Part shown: piece by piece, positions 28,956 to 37,696 of the stretch
Layout of the letters: each line of letters opens with the position of its first letter
Position numbering within the stretch: position 1 is the stretch's first letter
NCBI GenBank assembly: GCA_964615175.1
Contig: CAZTOV010000005.1
Coordinates: 1 to 57,614, forward strand
From: an uncultured Burkholderiales bacterium
Lineage (GTDB): Bacteria > Actinomycetota > Acidimicrobiia > IMCC26256 > JACPCJ01
Length of the DNA: 57,614 nucleotides
Reading direction: 5' to 3'
Notes under the pieces: generated by a model
What the model was told of the DNA's origin: nothing
Seen by the model: only the letters and a program-made list of their open reading frames with translations
Databases searched by the model: none
Made by a program: the position numbers and the translations under genes

Positions 28956-29426
28956 ATGTTCTGCAACCGGTGCGGGCATGAAAACCCGCCCCGCTCCCGT
29001 TTCTGTTCGTCGTGCGGCGCGGAGATCACCGACTCCGACGTCGATGAGACGACGGCGAGCTACGCGCCGGTGAGTAGCGACGACGCTCCCTCGCTCGACG
29101 AGTTGACTGCCGAAGCCGGCCTGCTCGTGGTGCACCGGGGGCCCAACGCCGGGAGTCGCTACCTGCTGGATCAGGACCTCGTCCGTATCGGTCGCCATCC
29201 CGATGCCGACATCCTGCTCGACGACATCACGGTGTCCCGCGGGCATGCCGAGATCCGACGCACGTCCGACGGCTACCTCGTGAAGGACTCGGAGTCGCTC
29301 AACGGGACGTACCTCAATCGTCGGCGGGTGGAAGAGGCACCGCTGCGCAACGGCGATGAGCTTCAGATCGGCAAGTACCGCCTCGTCTTCTACGGGGACG
29401 CCGGCCAGGTCGGCGTGGCCTCGTGA
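28956..29426 (+). CDS. garA: Zinc-ribbon + FHA protein, GarA/OdhI-like
   Basis: CxxC twice, DETT phospho-motif, GPNAGSRYLLD..IGRHPDADILLDDITVSRGHA, SLNGTY. Confidence 0.85.
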   Translation: MFCNRCGHENPPRSRFCSSCGAEITDSDVDETTASYAPVSSDDAPSLDELTAEAGLLVVHRGPNAGSRYLLDQDLVRIGRHPDADILLDDITVSRGHAEIRRTSDGYLVKDSESLNGTYLNRRRVEEAPLRNGDELQIGKYRLVFYGDAGQVGVAS

Positions 29427-30253
29427 GTGGCGAGCACCGTTCGATCGGGGACGTGCTCGATCTGCTCAAGGACGAGTTTCCCGACGTCACCGTGTCGAAG
29501 ATCCGATTCCTCGAGAGCCAGGGCCTCATCGCCCCGGAGCGCACCCCCTCCGGATACCGAAAGTTCTACGACAGCGACATCGAACGACTCCGGTGGATCC
29601 TCACCCAGCAGCGCGATCATTACCTCCCGCTCAAGGTGATCCGGAGCCGCCTCGACCGGCTCGAGGAGGGAGAGGCCGTCGACGTGGCCCACGAGACCCC
29701 GGCGGCCGCCGTCGACACGGCCGCGGGATCGGATGATCATGGCGTGGCCGCCGCTCTCGACGAGACGGCCGCGCCGGCCGGGAACGGCGCGCCCGCTGAT
29801 GCCGTCGCCGACGACACCGTTGCCGACGAGGCCGCTGTCGAGGAGACTGCCGCCACCGGAGTGGAGTCGGGGGCGGCGCTGAGCCGCGAGGAACTGGCCC
29901 ACGCCACCGGTCTCGACGAGCGCTTCCTGAAGGAGCTGGAGAGCTACGGGCTCCTTCCGCCGCCGCGGGTCACGGGGGAGGAGGAGCTCTACGACGAGCA
30001 GGCCGTGGTGGTGGCGCGTCTGGCCCGCGGATTCCTTCGGCACGGCGTCGAGGTGCGACACCTGCGGATGTACAAGACGTTCGCGGAACGCGAGGCCGGC
30101 TTCGTCAGCCAACTCGTGACGCCGGTGTTGCGCCAGAAGAACCCCGAGGCTCGCCAACAGGCACGCGACACCGTGGCCGAACTGGCGCGCCTCGGTGGCG
30201 GTCTCCGAGCCGCCATGCTGCGGTTGGCCCTGCGCGACGCCTTCGGCGAGTAG
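29423..30253 (+). CDS. MerR-family regulator (FtsR/Rv1828-like)
   Basis: SIGDVL..L..EFPDVTVSKIRFLE, RTPSGYRKF, YLPLKVI, RHLRMYK. Confidence 0.9.
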   Translation: MSGEHRSIGDVLDLLKDEFPDVTVSKIRFLESQGLIAPERTPSGYRKFYDSDIERLRWILTQQRDHYLPLKVIRSRLDRLEEGEAVDVAHETPAAAVDTAAGSDDHGVAAALDETAAPAGNGAPADAVADDTVADEAAVEETAATGVESGAALSREELAHATGLDERFLKELESYGLLPPPRVTGEEELYDEQAVVVARLARGFLRHGVEVRHLRMYKTFAEREAGFVSQLVTPVLRQKNPEARQQARDTVAELARLGGGLRAAMLRLALRDAFGE

Positions 30254-30263
30254 CGAGGAGTCG

Positions 30264-30830
30264 GTGCCCGTCCGGGAGCTGTTCGGCGCCGGGCAGATCG
30301 CCGACGCGGTGCAGCGCCTCGGCCACGAGATCTCCCGCGACCACCCCGACGGCGTCGTGCTCGTGGGAGTGCTCAAGGGCGCGGTGACCTTCCTGGCCGA
30401 CCTCGTGCGGGCGGTGACCGTGCCGGTGGCTGTCGACTTCCTCAGCGTCTCGAGATTCGCTCCCGACTCGGGGCGGATCCGCATCCTGAAGGACCTCGAT
30501 GAGGACGTGGCGGGGAAGCATCTCGTGCTCGTCGAGGACATCGTCGACACCGGTCTCAGCTCGACCTACCTCCTGCGCCAACTCGAGGCCCGAGATCCGA
30601 CCTCCCTGCGACTCTGCACGTTGCTCGATCGGACCCGACGGCGCATCGTTCCCGTCACGATCGACTATCACGGGTTCGAGCTCGAGGACGCGTTCGTCCT
30701 CGGTTACGGCCTCGATTTCGAGGAGCGTTATCGCAACCTCGACGGCATCGTCGTCGGTGATCTCAGGGGCCTCCAGGAGGATCCCGACTTCCACGTCGGC
30801 GAGCTGTATGCAGCCGTCGGGGACCCGTGA
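30264..30830 (+). CDS. hpt: Hypoxanthine phosphoribosyltransferase-like protein (divergent)
   Basis: VGVLKGA, VEDIVDTG PRPP loop, GYGLD...YRNL. Confidence 0.82.
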   Translation: MPVRELFGAGQIADAVQRLGHEISRDHPDGVVLVGVLKGAVTFLADLVRAVTVPVAVDFLSVSRFAPDSGRIRILKDLDEDVAGKHLVLVEDIVDTGLSSTYLLRQLEARDPTSLRLCTLLDRTRRRIVPVTIDYHGFELEDAFVLGYGLDFEERYRNLDGIVVGDLRGLQEDPDFHVGELYAAVGDP

Positions 30831-30996
30831 CGGAGCCCGGCCGGAGGGCGAGCGAGCGAGACTTCACACTTCTGCCCCGGTGGTAGGGTGAGCACGAATG
30901 CGGGTCCCTGTGGCCCGCGGATCGCAAGTGTGACGAGCCAAGCGTGACGAGAGGCCGATCGTCGGAACGTCGAATGAACGCCACGAGGGGGCAGGC

Positions 30997-31482
30997 GTGA
31001 TCCGTGTCGAGCTGGTGGGTGTGAGGGTCGAGCAGGCGACCAACCAACCCATCGTGCTGCTGCGGGAGTCGGCTCCGGGACGACGTCACCTGCCGATCTT
31101 CATCGGCCAACCCGAGGCCACGGCGATCGTCTACGCGCTCCAGGGCATCGAAACTCCGCGGCCGATGACCCACGACCTGGTCACCAACACCTGGGAAGAG
31201 CTGGGGGTCCAGCTCGCGCAGGTGACCGTCACCGAGTTGCGCGACGGCACGTTCTACGCCGAGCTCGAGCTGCATCAGGACGGCGACGTGCACCGCATCA
31301 GCTCCCGGCCGTCCGACGCCATCGCGCTGGCCGTACGCCAGAGCAGCCCGGTACCGATCTTCGCCGACGAGGGCGTGCTCGAGGAGGCCGGCGTGATGCT
31401 CGAGCCCGAGGACGAGGACGAGCAGGTTGAACAGTTCCGGGAGTTCCTGGAGCAGGTCCACCCCGAAGATTTCGCGACCTGA
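30997..31482 (+). CDS. Bifunctional nuclease family (DUF151)
   Basis: PIVLLRE, LPIFIG..EA, PRPMTHDL, SRPSDAIALA, FREFL. Confidence 0.93.
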   Translation: MIRVELVGVRVEQATNQPIVLLRESAPGRRHLPIFIGQPEATAIVYALQGIETPRPMTHDLVTNTWEELGVQLAQVTVTELRDGTFYAELELHQDGDVHRISSRPSDAIALAVRQSSPVPIFADEGVLEEAGVMLEPEDEDEQVEQFREFLEQVHPEDFAT

Positions 31483-31508
31483 GGCCGCGGGCTGTAGGTA
31501 GGCGCACG

Positions 31509-32525
31509 ATGGGCTCCCGTCGGCGGGTGCAGATGGGGGTGGTGGTTCTCGGGGTCGTTGTCGCGGCCGCGTCCCTCTGGTATTGGCTGGTCGAGGGCTT
31601 CGATGTCCTGAGCGCCGTCTACCAGACCGTCACCACCGTCTCGACGGTCGGGTTCCGCGAAGTCGAGGATCTCGACACCAGCGGACGCATCTTCACCATC
31701 GGGGTCATCCTGGTGGGGGTCGGGGCGATGTTCTACACGGCGACGGCCTTCTTCGAGGAGATCCTCGAGGATCAGGTCGGACGAATCGGGAGACGACGCA
31801 TGGAGCGGAAGATCAAGAGCCTGTCCGGACACGTGGTCGTGTGCGGATACGGCCGGGTCGGACGGACGGTGGCCCGGTTGGTCGATCCGGAGCTGGGCGT
31901 GGTGGTGGTCGACAACGACGAGGCGAAGGTCGAAACGGCCACCGCCGACGACTTCGCCGTGATCGACGGCGACGCGACCGACGACGGCGTCCTCGACGAC
32001 GCGGGCCTCGCCCGTGCGGCGATCCTCGTGTCGGCCCTCCCGACGGACGCCGACAATCTCTACGTGGTCCTCTCGGGGCGTGCCGCCAAAGCCGATCTGC
32101 ACATCGTGGCCCGGGCCCGGGCCGAGACGAGTGAGGCCAAGCTGCTGCGGGCGGGCGCCGACCGGGTGATCAACCCGCAGGAGATCGGCGCCCGGCGCAT
32201 GGCGGCGTTCGCCCTCCAACCCGCCGTGTCGGACTTCCTCGATGTCGTCATGCACGGTGCGGGTGACGTCGAGTACCGGCTCGAGGAGTTGCGGATCCCT
32301 CCCGACGCGCCGGTCGCGGGCACGTCGATCCGCGAAGCCCACCTGCGCGATCACACCGGCGCACTCGTGCTTGCGCTCCGGGGCGCCGACCACCGGTTCT
32401 TCACCAACCCTGCTCCGGAAACGGTGCTCGAGGCGGGCATGACGGTCATCGCCATCGGCACCGGCGACCAGCTCTCCCGCCTCCACGATTTCGTGGAGGA
32501 CGGGCGGCCCGGCGGTGATCGTTGA
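31509..32525 (+). CDS. Potassium channel family protein (2TM + RCK/TrkA-N/TrkA-C)
   Basis: STVGF filter region, VCGYGRVG, GDATD, KLLRAGADRVI. Confidence 0.9.
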   Translation: MGSRRRVQMGVVVLGVVVAAASLWYWLVEGFDVLSAVYQTVTTVSTVGFREVEDLDTSGRIFTIGVILVGVGAMFYTATAFFEEILEDQVGRIGRRRMERKIKSLSGHVVVCGYGRVGRTVARLVDPELGVVVVDNDEAKVETATADDFAVIDGDATDDGVLDDAGLARAAILVSALPTDADNLYVVLSGRAAKADLHIVARARAETSEAKLLRAGADRVINPQEIGARRMAAFALQPAVSDFLDVVMHGAGDVEYRLEELRIPPDAPVAGTSIREAHLRDHTGALVLALRGADHRFFTNPAPETVLEAGMTVIAIGTGDQLSRLHDFVEDGRPGGDR

Positions 32526-32550
32526 CGACGTCCCCTGCAGGGGGTACCGT
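32522..32550 (+). promoter_or_regulatory. Sigma70-type promoter for the MerR gene
   Basis: TTGACG, 17 nt, TACCGT; dyad CCCCTGCAGGGG in the spacer. Confidence 0.7.
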
Positions 32551-32641
32551 CACATCCTGGTAACTACGCCGGTGTGACTTCTCGCGCCAACAACCACGGC
32601 CCCCACGCGGGAACGCCGTCACCCGGCAGGAGGTACGCCTC

Positions 32642-33139
32642 ATGAGCGAGTCACCGAGCACCCTCGACGGTTCAGGGTTCCGCGGTCCGCAGGTCTGCGA
32701 GATCGTCGGGATCTCCTACCGTCAGCTCGACTACTGGACGCGCACGGGTCTGGTGGCGGCATCCGTCGCCGAGGCGCGGGGGAGCGGCAGCCAGCGCGTC
32801 TATTCCTACCGTGACCTGGTCGAGGTGAAGGTGATCAAGAACCTCCTCGACGGTGGCCTGTCGCTGCAACGAGCCCGCACCGCCGTCGAGTACCTGCGTG
32901 AGCACTTGGGTGAGGAGGTCGCCTCCACCAACCTCGTCATCGACGGGAGCGACTCGGTCCTTGCCGTCGGCGACGGCGAGGTGGTCGACCTGCTCAAGCG
33001 GGGTCAGGGTGTGCTGAACATCGTGCCGCTGTCGGGGGTCGTCCAGGAACTCGACTCCAAGATCCACCAGCTCCAGCCCGAAGTCGTCGACATCGACGAT
33101 GTGGGCGGGGCAGAACCGGCGTCGGCGAGTGGAGGCTGA
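32642..33139 (+). CDS. MerR-family regulator (Rv1830-like)
   Basis: GFRGPQVC..VGISYRQLDYW.RTGLV..S...A.GSGSQR.YS; RBS AGGAGG. Confidence 0.92.
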   Translation: MSESPSTLDGSGFRGPQVCEIVGISYRQLDYWTRTGLVAASVAEARGSGSQRVYSYRDLVEVKVIKNLLDGGLSLQRARTAVEYLREHLGEEVASTNLVIDGSDSVLAVGDGEVVDLLKRGQGVLNIVPLSGVVQELDSKIHQLQPEVVDIDDVGGAEPASASGG

Positions 33140-33608
33140 GGTCATCAGCCGTCCGGGCGATCCGGGGGGCACCGGGGCCGACCGGCTCCCGCACGAAGAC
33201 GTCCGCTTCGCCCACAACTCGGAGCGCCAGTTCGCCAAGCTGCTCGACTTCTACGGGATCGAGTGGGATTACGAGCCCCGTACGTTCGTGCTCGCCACCG
33301 ATCGTGAGGGGAACCCGCAGGAGGCGTTCGCGCCCGACTTCTACCTGCCGGCCTACGACCTCTACATCGAGATCACGACGCTCAACCAGAAGCTCGTCAC
33401 CAAGAAGAACCGGAAGGTCCGCAAGCTCCGCGAGCGGTACCCCGGCACGAAGGTGAAGATCTTCTACCAGCGCGATTACCTGCGTCTCCTCGTCAAGTAC
33501 GGCCTCGAACCGCCGAGCCAGCACATGGTCGACGAGGAGGGCGTGACCGAGCTGCGGTTCGACGACCGCTCCGACGCCTCCGACGCGCGCGGCCGCAACA
33601 CCGGCTGA
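33129..33608 (+). CDS. PD-(D/E)XK-like hypothetical protein resembling T7 endonuclease I
   Basis: SERQFAKLLDFYGIEWDYEP...FAPDFYLP...IEITT. Confidence 0.75.
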   Translation: MEAEVISRPGDPGGTGADRLPHEDVRFAHNSERQFAKLLDFYGIEWDYEPRTFVLATDREGNPQEAFAPDFYLPAYDLYIEITTLNQKLVTKKNRKVRKLRERYPGTKVKIFYQRDYLRLLVKYGLEPPSQHMVDEEGVTELRFDDRSDASDARGRNTG

Positions 33609-33734
33609 CGAGATCTCCCGCGCTTCGGCGACTGGCGATCGCCACGGGTGTTCGGCATCGCACGCGGTGTTGCTCTGAGTGAGAGCGACTTCCCGGTCCG
33701 ATGTGGGTCGGGGATCGGGGAATAGGCTCCGAGC

Positions 33735-34808
33735 GTGGTCCCGACTCACACGTCGCTGCTCGACGCCGAACACCGTGCCCTCGGGGCGCGGATGACACCG
33801 TTTGGCGGGTGGGAGATGCCCCTCCAGTACGACGGGGTGCTCGACGAGCACGCCGCGTGTCGCAACGACGCCGTGGTGTTCGACGTGTCCCACCTCGGCT
33901 CGGTGCGGGTGACCGGGTCTGGGGCCCTCGACGGGCTCCAGGCGTTGTTCACGAACGACCTCACGAAGATCGAGCCCGGTCGGGCGCAGTACACCCACCT
34001 GCTCGATCCGGTCGACGCCCACGTCGTCGACGACATCATCGTGTGGTGGCTCGCCGACGACGACTTCCTGGTGATTCCGAATGCGTCGAACACCGAGCCG
34101 GCGCTCCTCGCCATGACCGAGGAGGTGGGAGCGAGCGGTGTGGTCGACGTCACCGCAGAGCGCGCGTTCCTCGCCGTCCAGGGCCCCAATGCTCGCAAGT
34201 ACCTCGGCGAGGTCCTGCCCGCGGCCGCCGACGTGGGGCGGTTCCGGGTGGCGACGTGTGACTTCGACGGAGCCGAGGTGATCGTCGGGGGTACCGGCTA
34301 CACGGGCGAAGACGGCGTCGAGCTCTTTGTCCCAGCCGAGGCCGCGGTCGCCGTGTGGCGGACCCTCATCGATGCCGGCCTCCAGCCTGCCGGCCTCGGG
34401 GCCCGCGACACGCTGCGCCTCGAGATGGGATTGCCGCTCCACGGTCACGAACTCGGCGACGGGATCACGCCGCTCCAAGCCGGACTCGACTGGGTGGTGG
34501 CGTGGGACAAGGGCAACTTCCGCGGCAAGAGCGGACTCGAGGCCGAACGGAGCCGCGGCGTCGCCCGACGCCTGACCGGCATCGTGATGGAGGGGCGCCG
34601 CATCCCGCGCGAGGGATGTGCGGTCCACCGGGATGGTGTCGGGGTGGGTGAGGTCACGAGCGGCAACTTCTCGCCCACCCTCGAGCGCGGGATCGCTCTG
34701 GCCTTTCTTCCGCCCGGAGTGACGCCGGGGAGTCCGATCGAGGTCGTGATTCGCGATAAGAAGGAAGGTGGCAACGTCGCCGAGCCGCCCTTCGTGGAGC
34801 GTCCGTGA
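33735..34808 (+). CDS. gcvT: Glycine cleavage aminomethyltransferase
   Basis: FGGWEMPLQY, FDVSHLG, TGYTGEDGVE, GLGARDTLRLE. Confidence 0.96.
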   Translation: MVPTHTSLLDAEHRALGARMTPFGGWEMPLQYDGVLDEHAACRNDAVVFDVSHLGSVRVTGSGALDGLQALFTNDLTKIEPGRAQYTHLLDPVDAHVVDDIIVWWLADDDFLVIPNASNTEPALLAMTEEVGASGVVDVTAERAFLAVQGPNARKYLGEVLPAAADVGRFRVATCDFDGAEVIVGGTGYTGEDGVELFVPAEAAVAVWRTLIDAGLQPAGLGARDTLRLEMGLPLHGHELGDGITPLQAGLDWVVAWDKGNFRGKSGLEAERSRGVARRLTGIVMEGRRIPREGCAVHRDGVGVGEVTSGNFSPTLERGIALAFLPPGVTPGSPIEVVIRDKKEGGNVAEPPFVERP

Positions 34809-36155
34809 GTGTCTGACTACGTCCCGCACACACCCGCCGAGATCGACGCCATGCTCGAATTCGTCGGTCTCGACACCGTCGACGACCTCTACTCCCACAT
34901 CCCCTCCGCCATCCGCGCCGCCGGTGGCCTCGATCTCGAAGCGGGGCGCTCCGAATCGGAGGTGCTCGGTGCCTTCGGCGAGTACGCCGGCACGAATCTG
35001 GTTCCGGGCCGCGACCTGGTGTGCTTCGCCGGCGGGGGAGCGTACGACCACGAGTTGCCGACAGCGGTGCGGGCGATGGCGTCGCGCAGCGAGTTTCTGA
35101 CCTCCTACACGCCATACCAGCCCGAACTCGCCCAGGGAGTGCTCCAGGCGTTGTTCGAGTACCAGACGATGCTGTGCAACGTCACCGGTATGGACGTCGC
35201 CAATGCCAGCCTCTACGACGGTGCGTCGGCGGCGATCGAGGGCTTGAACCTCGCGGCGGCGGCCACGAAGCGGCGCACGGTCTGGGTGTCGTCGGGCTTG
35301 CACCCGCACGTGCGGGCAGCCATCCGCACCTTCTCCCAGGGCTCCGGCCTCGACGTCCGCGAGGCTCCGCTCCAGGACGGCGCCACCGTGTGGCCCGACG
35401 AACTCGACGAACCGGCGGCCTTGTTGGTGGCCTACCCGAACTACCTGGGCGCTCTCGAAGACGTCGAGGCCGCCGCCCGCCGTGCCCATGACGCCGGGGC
35501 CTTGCTGGTGGCATACGCCGATCCCGTGGCAGCCGGGCTGCTGCGGAGTGTGGGCGACGCCGGGGCCGACGTGGCCGTCGGGGAGGGCCAGCCCTTCGGG
35601 AGCCCCCTGAGCTTCGGCGGCCCCTACGTCGGTCTCTTCGCGGTGAAGGAGGCGTCATACGTGCGGAGGTGGCTCCCCGGCCGTCTGGTCGGCGAGACCG
35701 TCGATGCCGACGAGCGCACCAGCTACGTGCTCACGCTGGCGACCCGGGAGCAGCACATCCGGCGTGAGAAGGCGTCGTCGAACGTGTGCACCAACCAGAC
35801 GGTCGTCGCCATCGGCGCCGCCTTCCACATGGCATGGCTCGGGCCCGAAGGGCTCCGTGAGATGGCGCTGCGCTGCGCGCGCGGTTCTCGCTACGCCCAC
35901 GAGCAGCTCGTGAAGATCGACGGCGTCGAGCCGGCGGTCACGGCTCCGTCGCTCTACGAGCGTGCCTACCGGGTCCCCGTGGCCGCGGACGTCCTCCTCG
36001 CTCGGCTCGCCGACGAAGGGTTCCTCGGAGGCATCGAGCTGACCGGCGACTATCCCGAACTGGGCGACGCCGTGCTCGTCACGGTGACCGAGAACCGCAC
36101 CCGCGACGAGATCGACGCCTACGCCGCCGCCTTCGAGAAGGCGTGTGCCACATGA
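34809..36155 (+). CDS. gcvPA: Glycine dehydrogenase subunit 1
   Basis: SYTPYQPELAQG.LQALFEYQT, NASLYDG, TREQHIRREKASSNVCTNQ. Confidence 0.96.
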   Translation: MSDYVPHTPAEIDAMLEFVGLDTVDDLYSHIPSAIRAAGGLDLEAGRSESEVLGAFGEYAGTNLVPGRDLVCFAGGGAYDHELPTAVRAMASRSEFLTSYTPYQPELAQGVLQALFEYQTMLCNVTGMDVANASLYDGASAAIEGLNLAAAATKRRTVWVSSGLHPHVRAAIRTFSQGSGLDVREAPLQDGATVWPDELDEPAALLVAYPNYLGALEDVEAAARRAHDAGALLVAYADPVAAGLLRSVGDAGADVAVGEGQPFGSPLSFGGPYVGLFAVKEASYVRRWLPGRLVGETVDADERTSYVLTLATREQHIRREKASSNVCTNQTVVAIGAAFHMAWLGPEGLREMALRCARGSRYAHEQLVKIDGVEPAVTAPSLYERAYRVPVAADVLLARLADEGFLGGIELTGDYPELGDAVLVTVTENRTRDEIDAYAAAFEKACAT

Positions 36156-37693
36156 GCCAACCACCGCCCCCGGAGATCCTCACCCACGGCGCCGGCGGAA
36201 GAGCGTCGTCGGCGCCGGTCATCGGCCGCGACGCCGAGCCGACCATCTTCGAGCTTTCGGCACCGGGACGGCGGGCGTGGTCGTTCCGCGACACCGGCGT
36301 CGACGATTGGGCGGCCGGCGAGCTGGTCCCGTCCGAGCACCTCGCGGACGCTCCGCCCGCCCTGCCCGAGGTGTCGGAACGGGATCTGGTGGCGCACGCC
36401 ACCCGGATGAGCCACCGCAACTACTCGGTCGACCTCGGTGCGTACCCGCTCGGCTCATGCACCATGAAGTACAACCCCAAGGTCTGCGACGCAGTGGCCG
36501 GCCTCGAGGGACTTGCCGCGTGCCATCCGGCCCAACCCGCCGAGCAGATCCAGGGCTGGCTCGGTCTCATGCACGGGCTGTCCGACGCGCTCTGCCGCAT
36601 CACCGGCATGCACGCGTGCACGCTCCAGCCCGCGGCCGGCGCGGCCGGCGAACTCACGGGGCTGCTGCTCATGCGGGCGTGGCACGAGGCGCAGGGGCGG
36701 CAGCGCACGAAGGTGATCATCCCCGACAGCGCTCACGGCACCAACCCCGCGTCGGTGACCCTCGGCGGCTACGAAGCCGTGGAGGTGCCGTCCGACGACC
36801 GTGGTCTGGTCGACCTCGATCGCCTGCGCGAGTTGCTCGACGAGGACGTCGCCGGCCTCATGCTCACCAACCCCAACACGCTCGGGCTCTTCGAGAAGGA
36901 CATCACGGCCATCGCCGAGGCGGTCCACGAAGTGGGCGGGCTCCTCTACTACGACGGGGCCAACCTCAACGCCATCCTCGGGGTCGTGCGGCCCGGTGAC
37001 ATGGGATTCGACATCGTGCACATGAACCTGCACAAGACCTTCGCCACACCGCACGGTGGCGGGGGCCCGGGCGCCGGCCCGGTCGCGGTGACCGAGCGCC
37101 TCGCACCCTTCCTCCCCGGACCGCTGGCGACGCACGACGGCGGCGAGGGTGGCTATCGCTGGACCATGCCCGGCCAGTCGATCGGCCGAATCCACCTGTG
37201 GCACGGAAACGCCTTGGTGCTCGCCCGAGCGTATGCCTACATCCTCGGCTACGGCGGCGAGGGTCTCCGCCGAGTCGCCGACGCCGCGGTCTTGAACGCC
37301 CGCTACCTCAAGGAGCGCCTCCGCGGGACCTACACGTTCCCCTACGACGAGCCCTGCATGCACGAGTTCGTCGCCTCGGCCGAGTCGGTGCGGAAGCAAC
37401 ACGGCGTGAAGGCCCTCGACCTGGCCAAGCGCTTCATCGAGGAGGGCTTCCACCCACCGACGATGTACTTCCCCCTCATCGTCGAAGAAGCGCTGATGGT
37501 GGAGCCCACCGAGACCGAGAGCCCCCAGACCGTCGAAGCCATGGCGGTGGCGTTGATCGCCATCGCGGAGGAGGCCGCCACCGATCCGGGCGCGGCGGCA
37601 GCCGCTCCTCGCACCACACCCGTTTCACGCGTCGACGAGGCTCTCGCGGCGCGTGAACTCCGGCCGGTGTGGCGCGCCGAGGGTGTCGACTGA
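36152..37693 (+). CDS. gcvPB: Glycine dehydrogenase subunit 2
   Basis: YPLGSCTMKYNP, SAHGTNPAS, HMNLHKTFATPHGGGGPG; ATGA overlap. Confidence 0.96.
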   Translation: MSQPPPPEILTHGAGGRASSAPVIGRDAEPTIFELSAPGRRAWSFRDTGVDDWAAGELVPSEHLADAPPALPEVSERDLVAHATRMSHRNYSVDLGAYPLGSCTMKYNPKVCDAVAGLEGLAACHPAQPAEQIQGWLGLMHGLSDALCRITGMHACTLQPAAGAAGELTGLLLMRAWHEAQGRQRTKVIIPDSAHGTNPASVTLGGYEAVEVPSDDRGLVDLDRLRELLDEDVAGLMLTNPNTLGLFEKDITAIAEAVHEVGGLLYYDGANLNAILGVVRPGDMGFDIVHMNLHKTFATPHGGGGPGAGPVAVTERLAPFLPGPLATHDGGEGGYRWTMPGQSIGRIHLWHGNALVLARAYAYILGYGGEGLRRVADAAVLNARYLKERLRGTYTFPYDEPCMHEFVASAESVRKQHGVKALDLAKRFIEEGFHPPTMYFPLIVEEALMVEPTETESPQTVEAMAVALIAIAEEAATDPGAAAAAPRTTPVSRVDEALAARELRPVWRAEGVD

Positions 37694-37696
37694 CCG

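Noticed and set aside
30905-30955. GTGACGAG repeated twice upstream of the DUF151 gene
   Set aside because: Too short to distinguish from chance at this GC content
33609-33734. Glycine riboswitch before gcvT
   Set aside because: Several hairpins but no GGAGA/CCGAAG/CTCTCAGG core, and gcvT looks leaderless (TAGGCT 6 nt before GTG)
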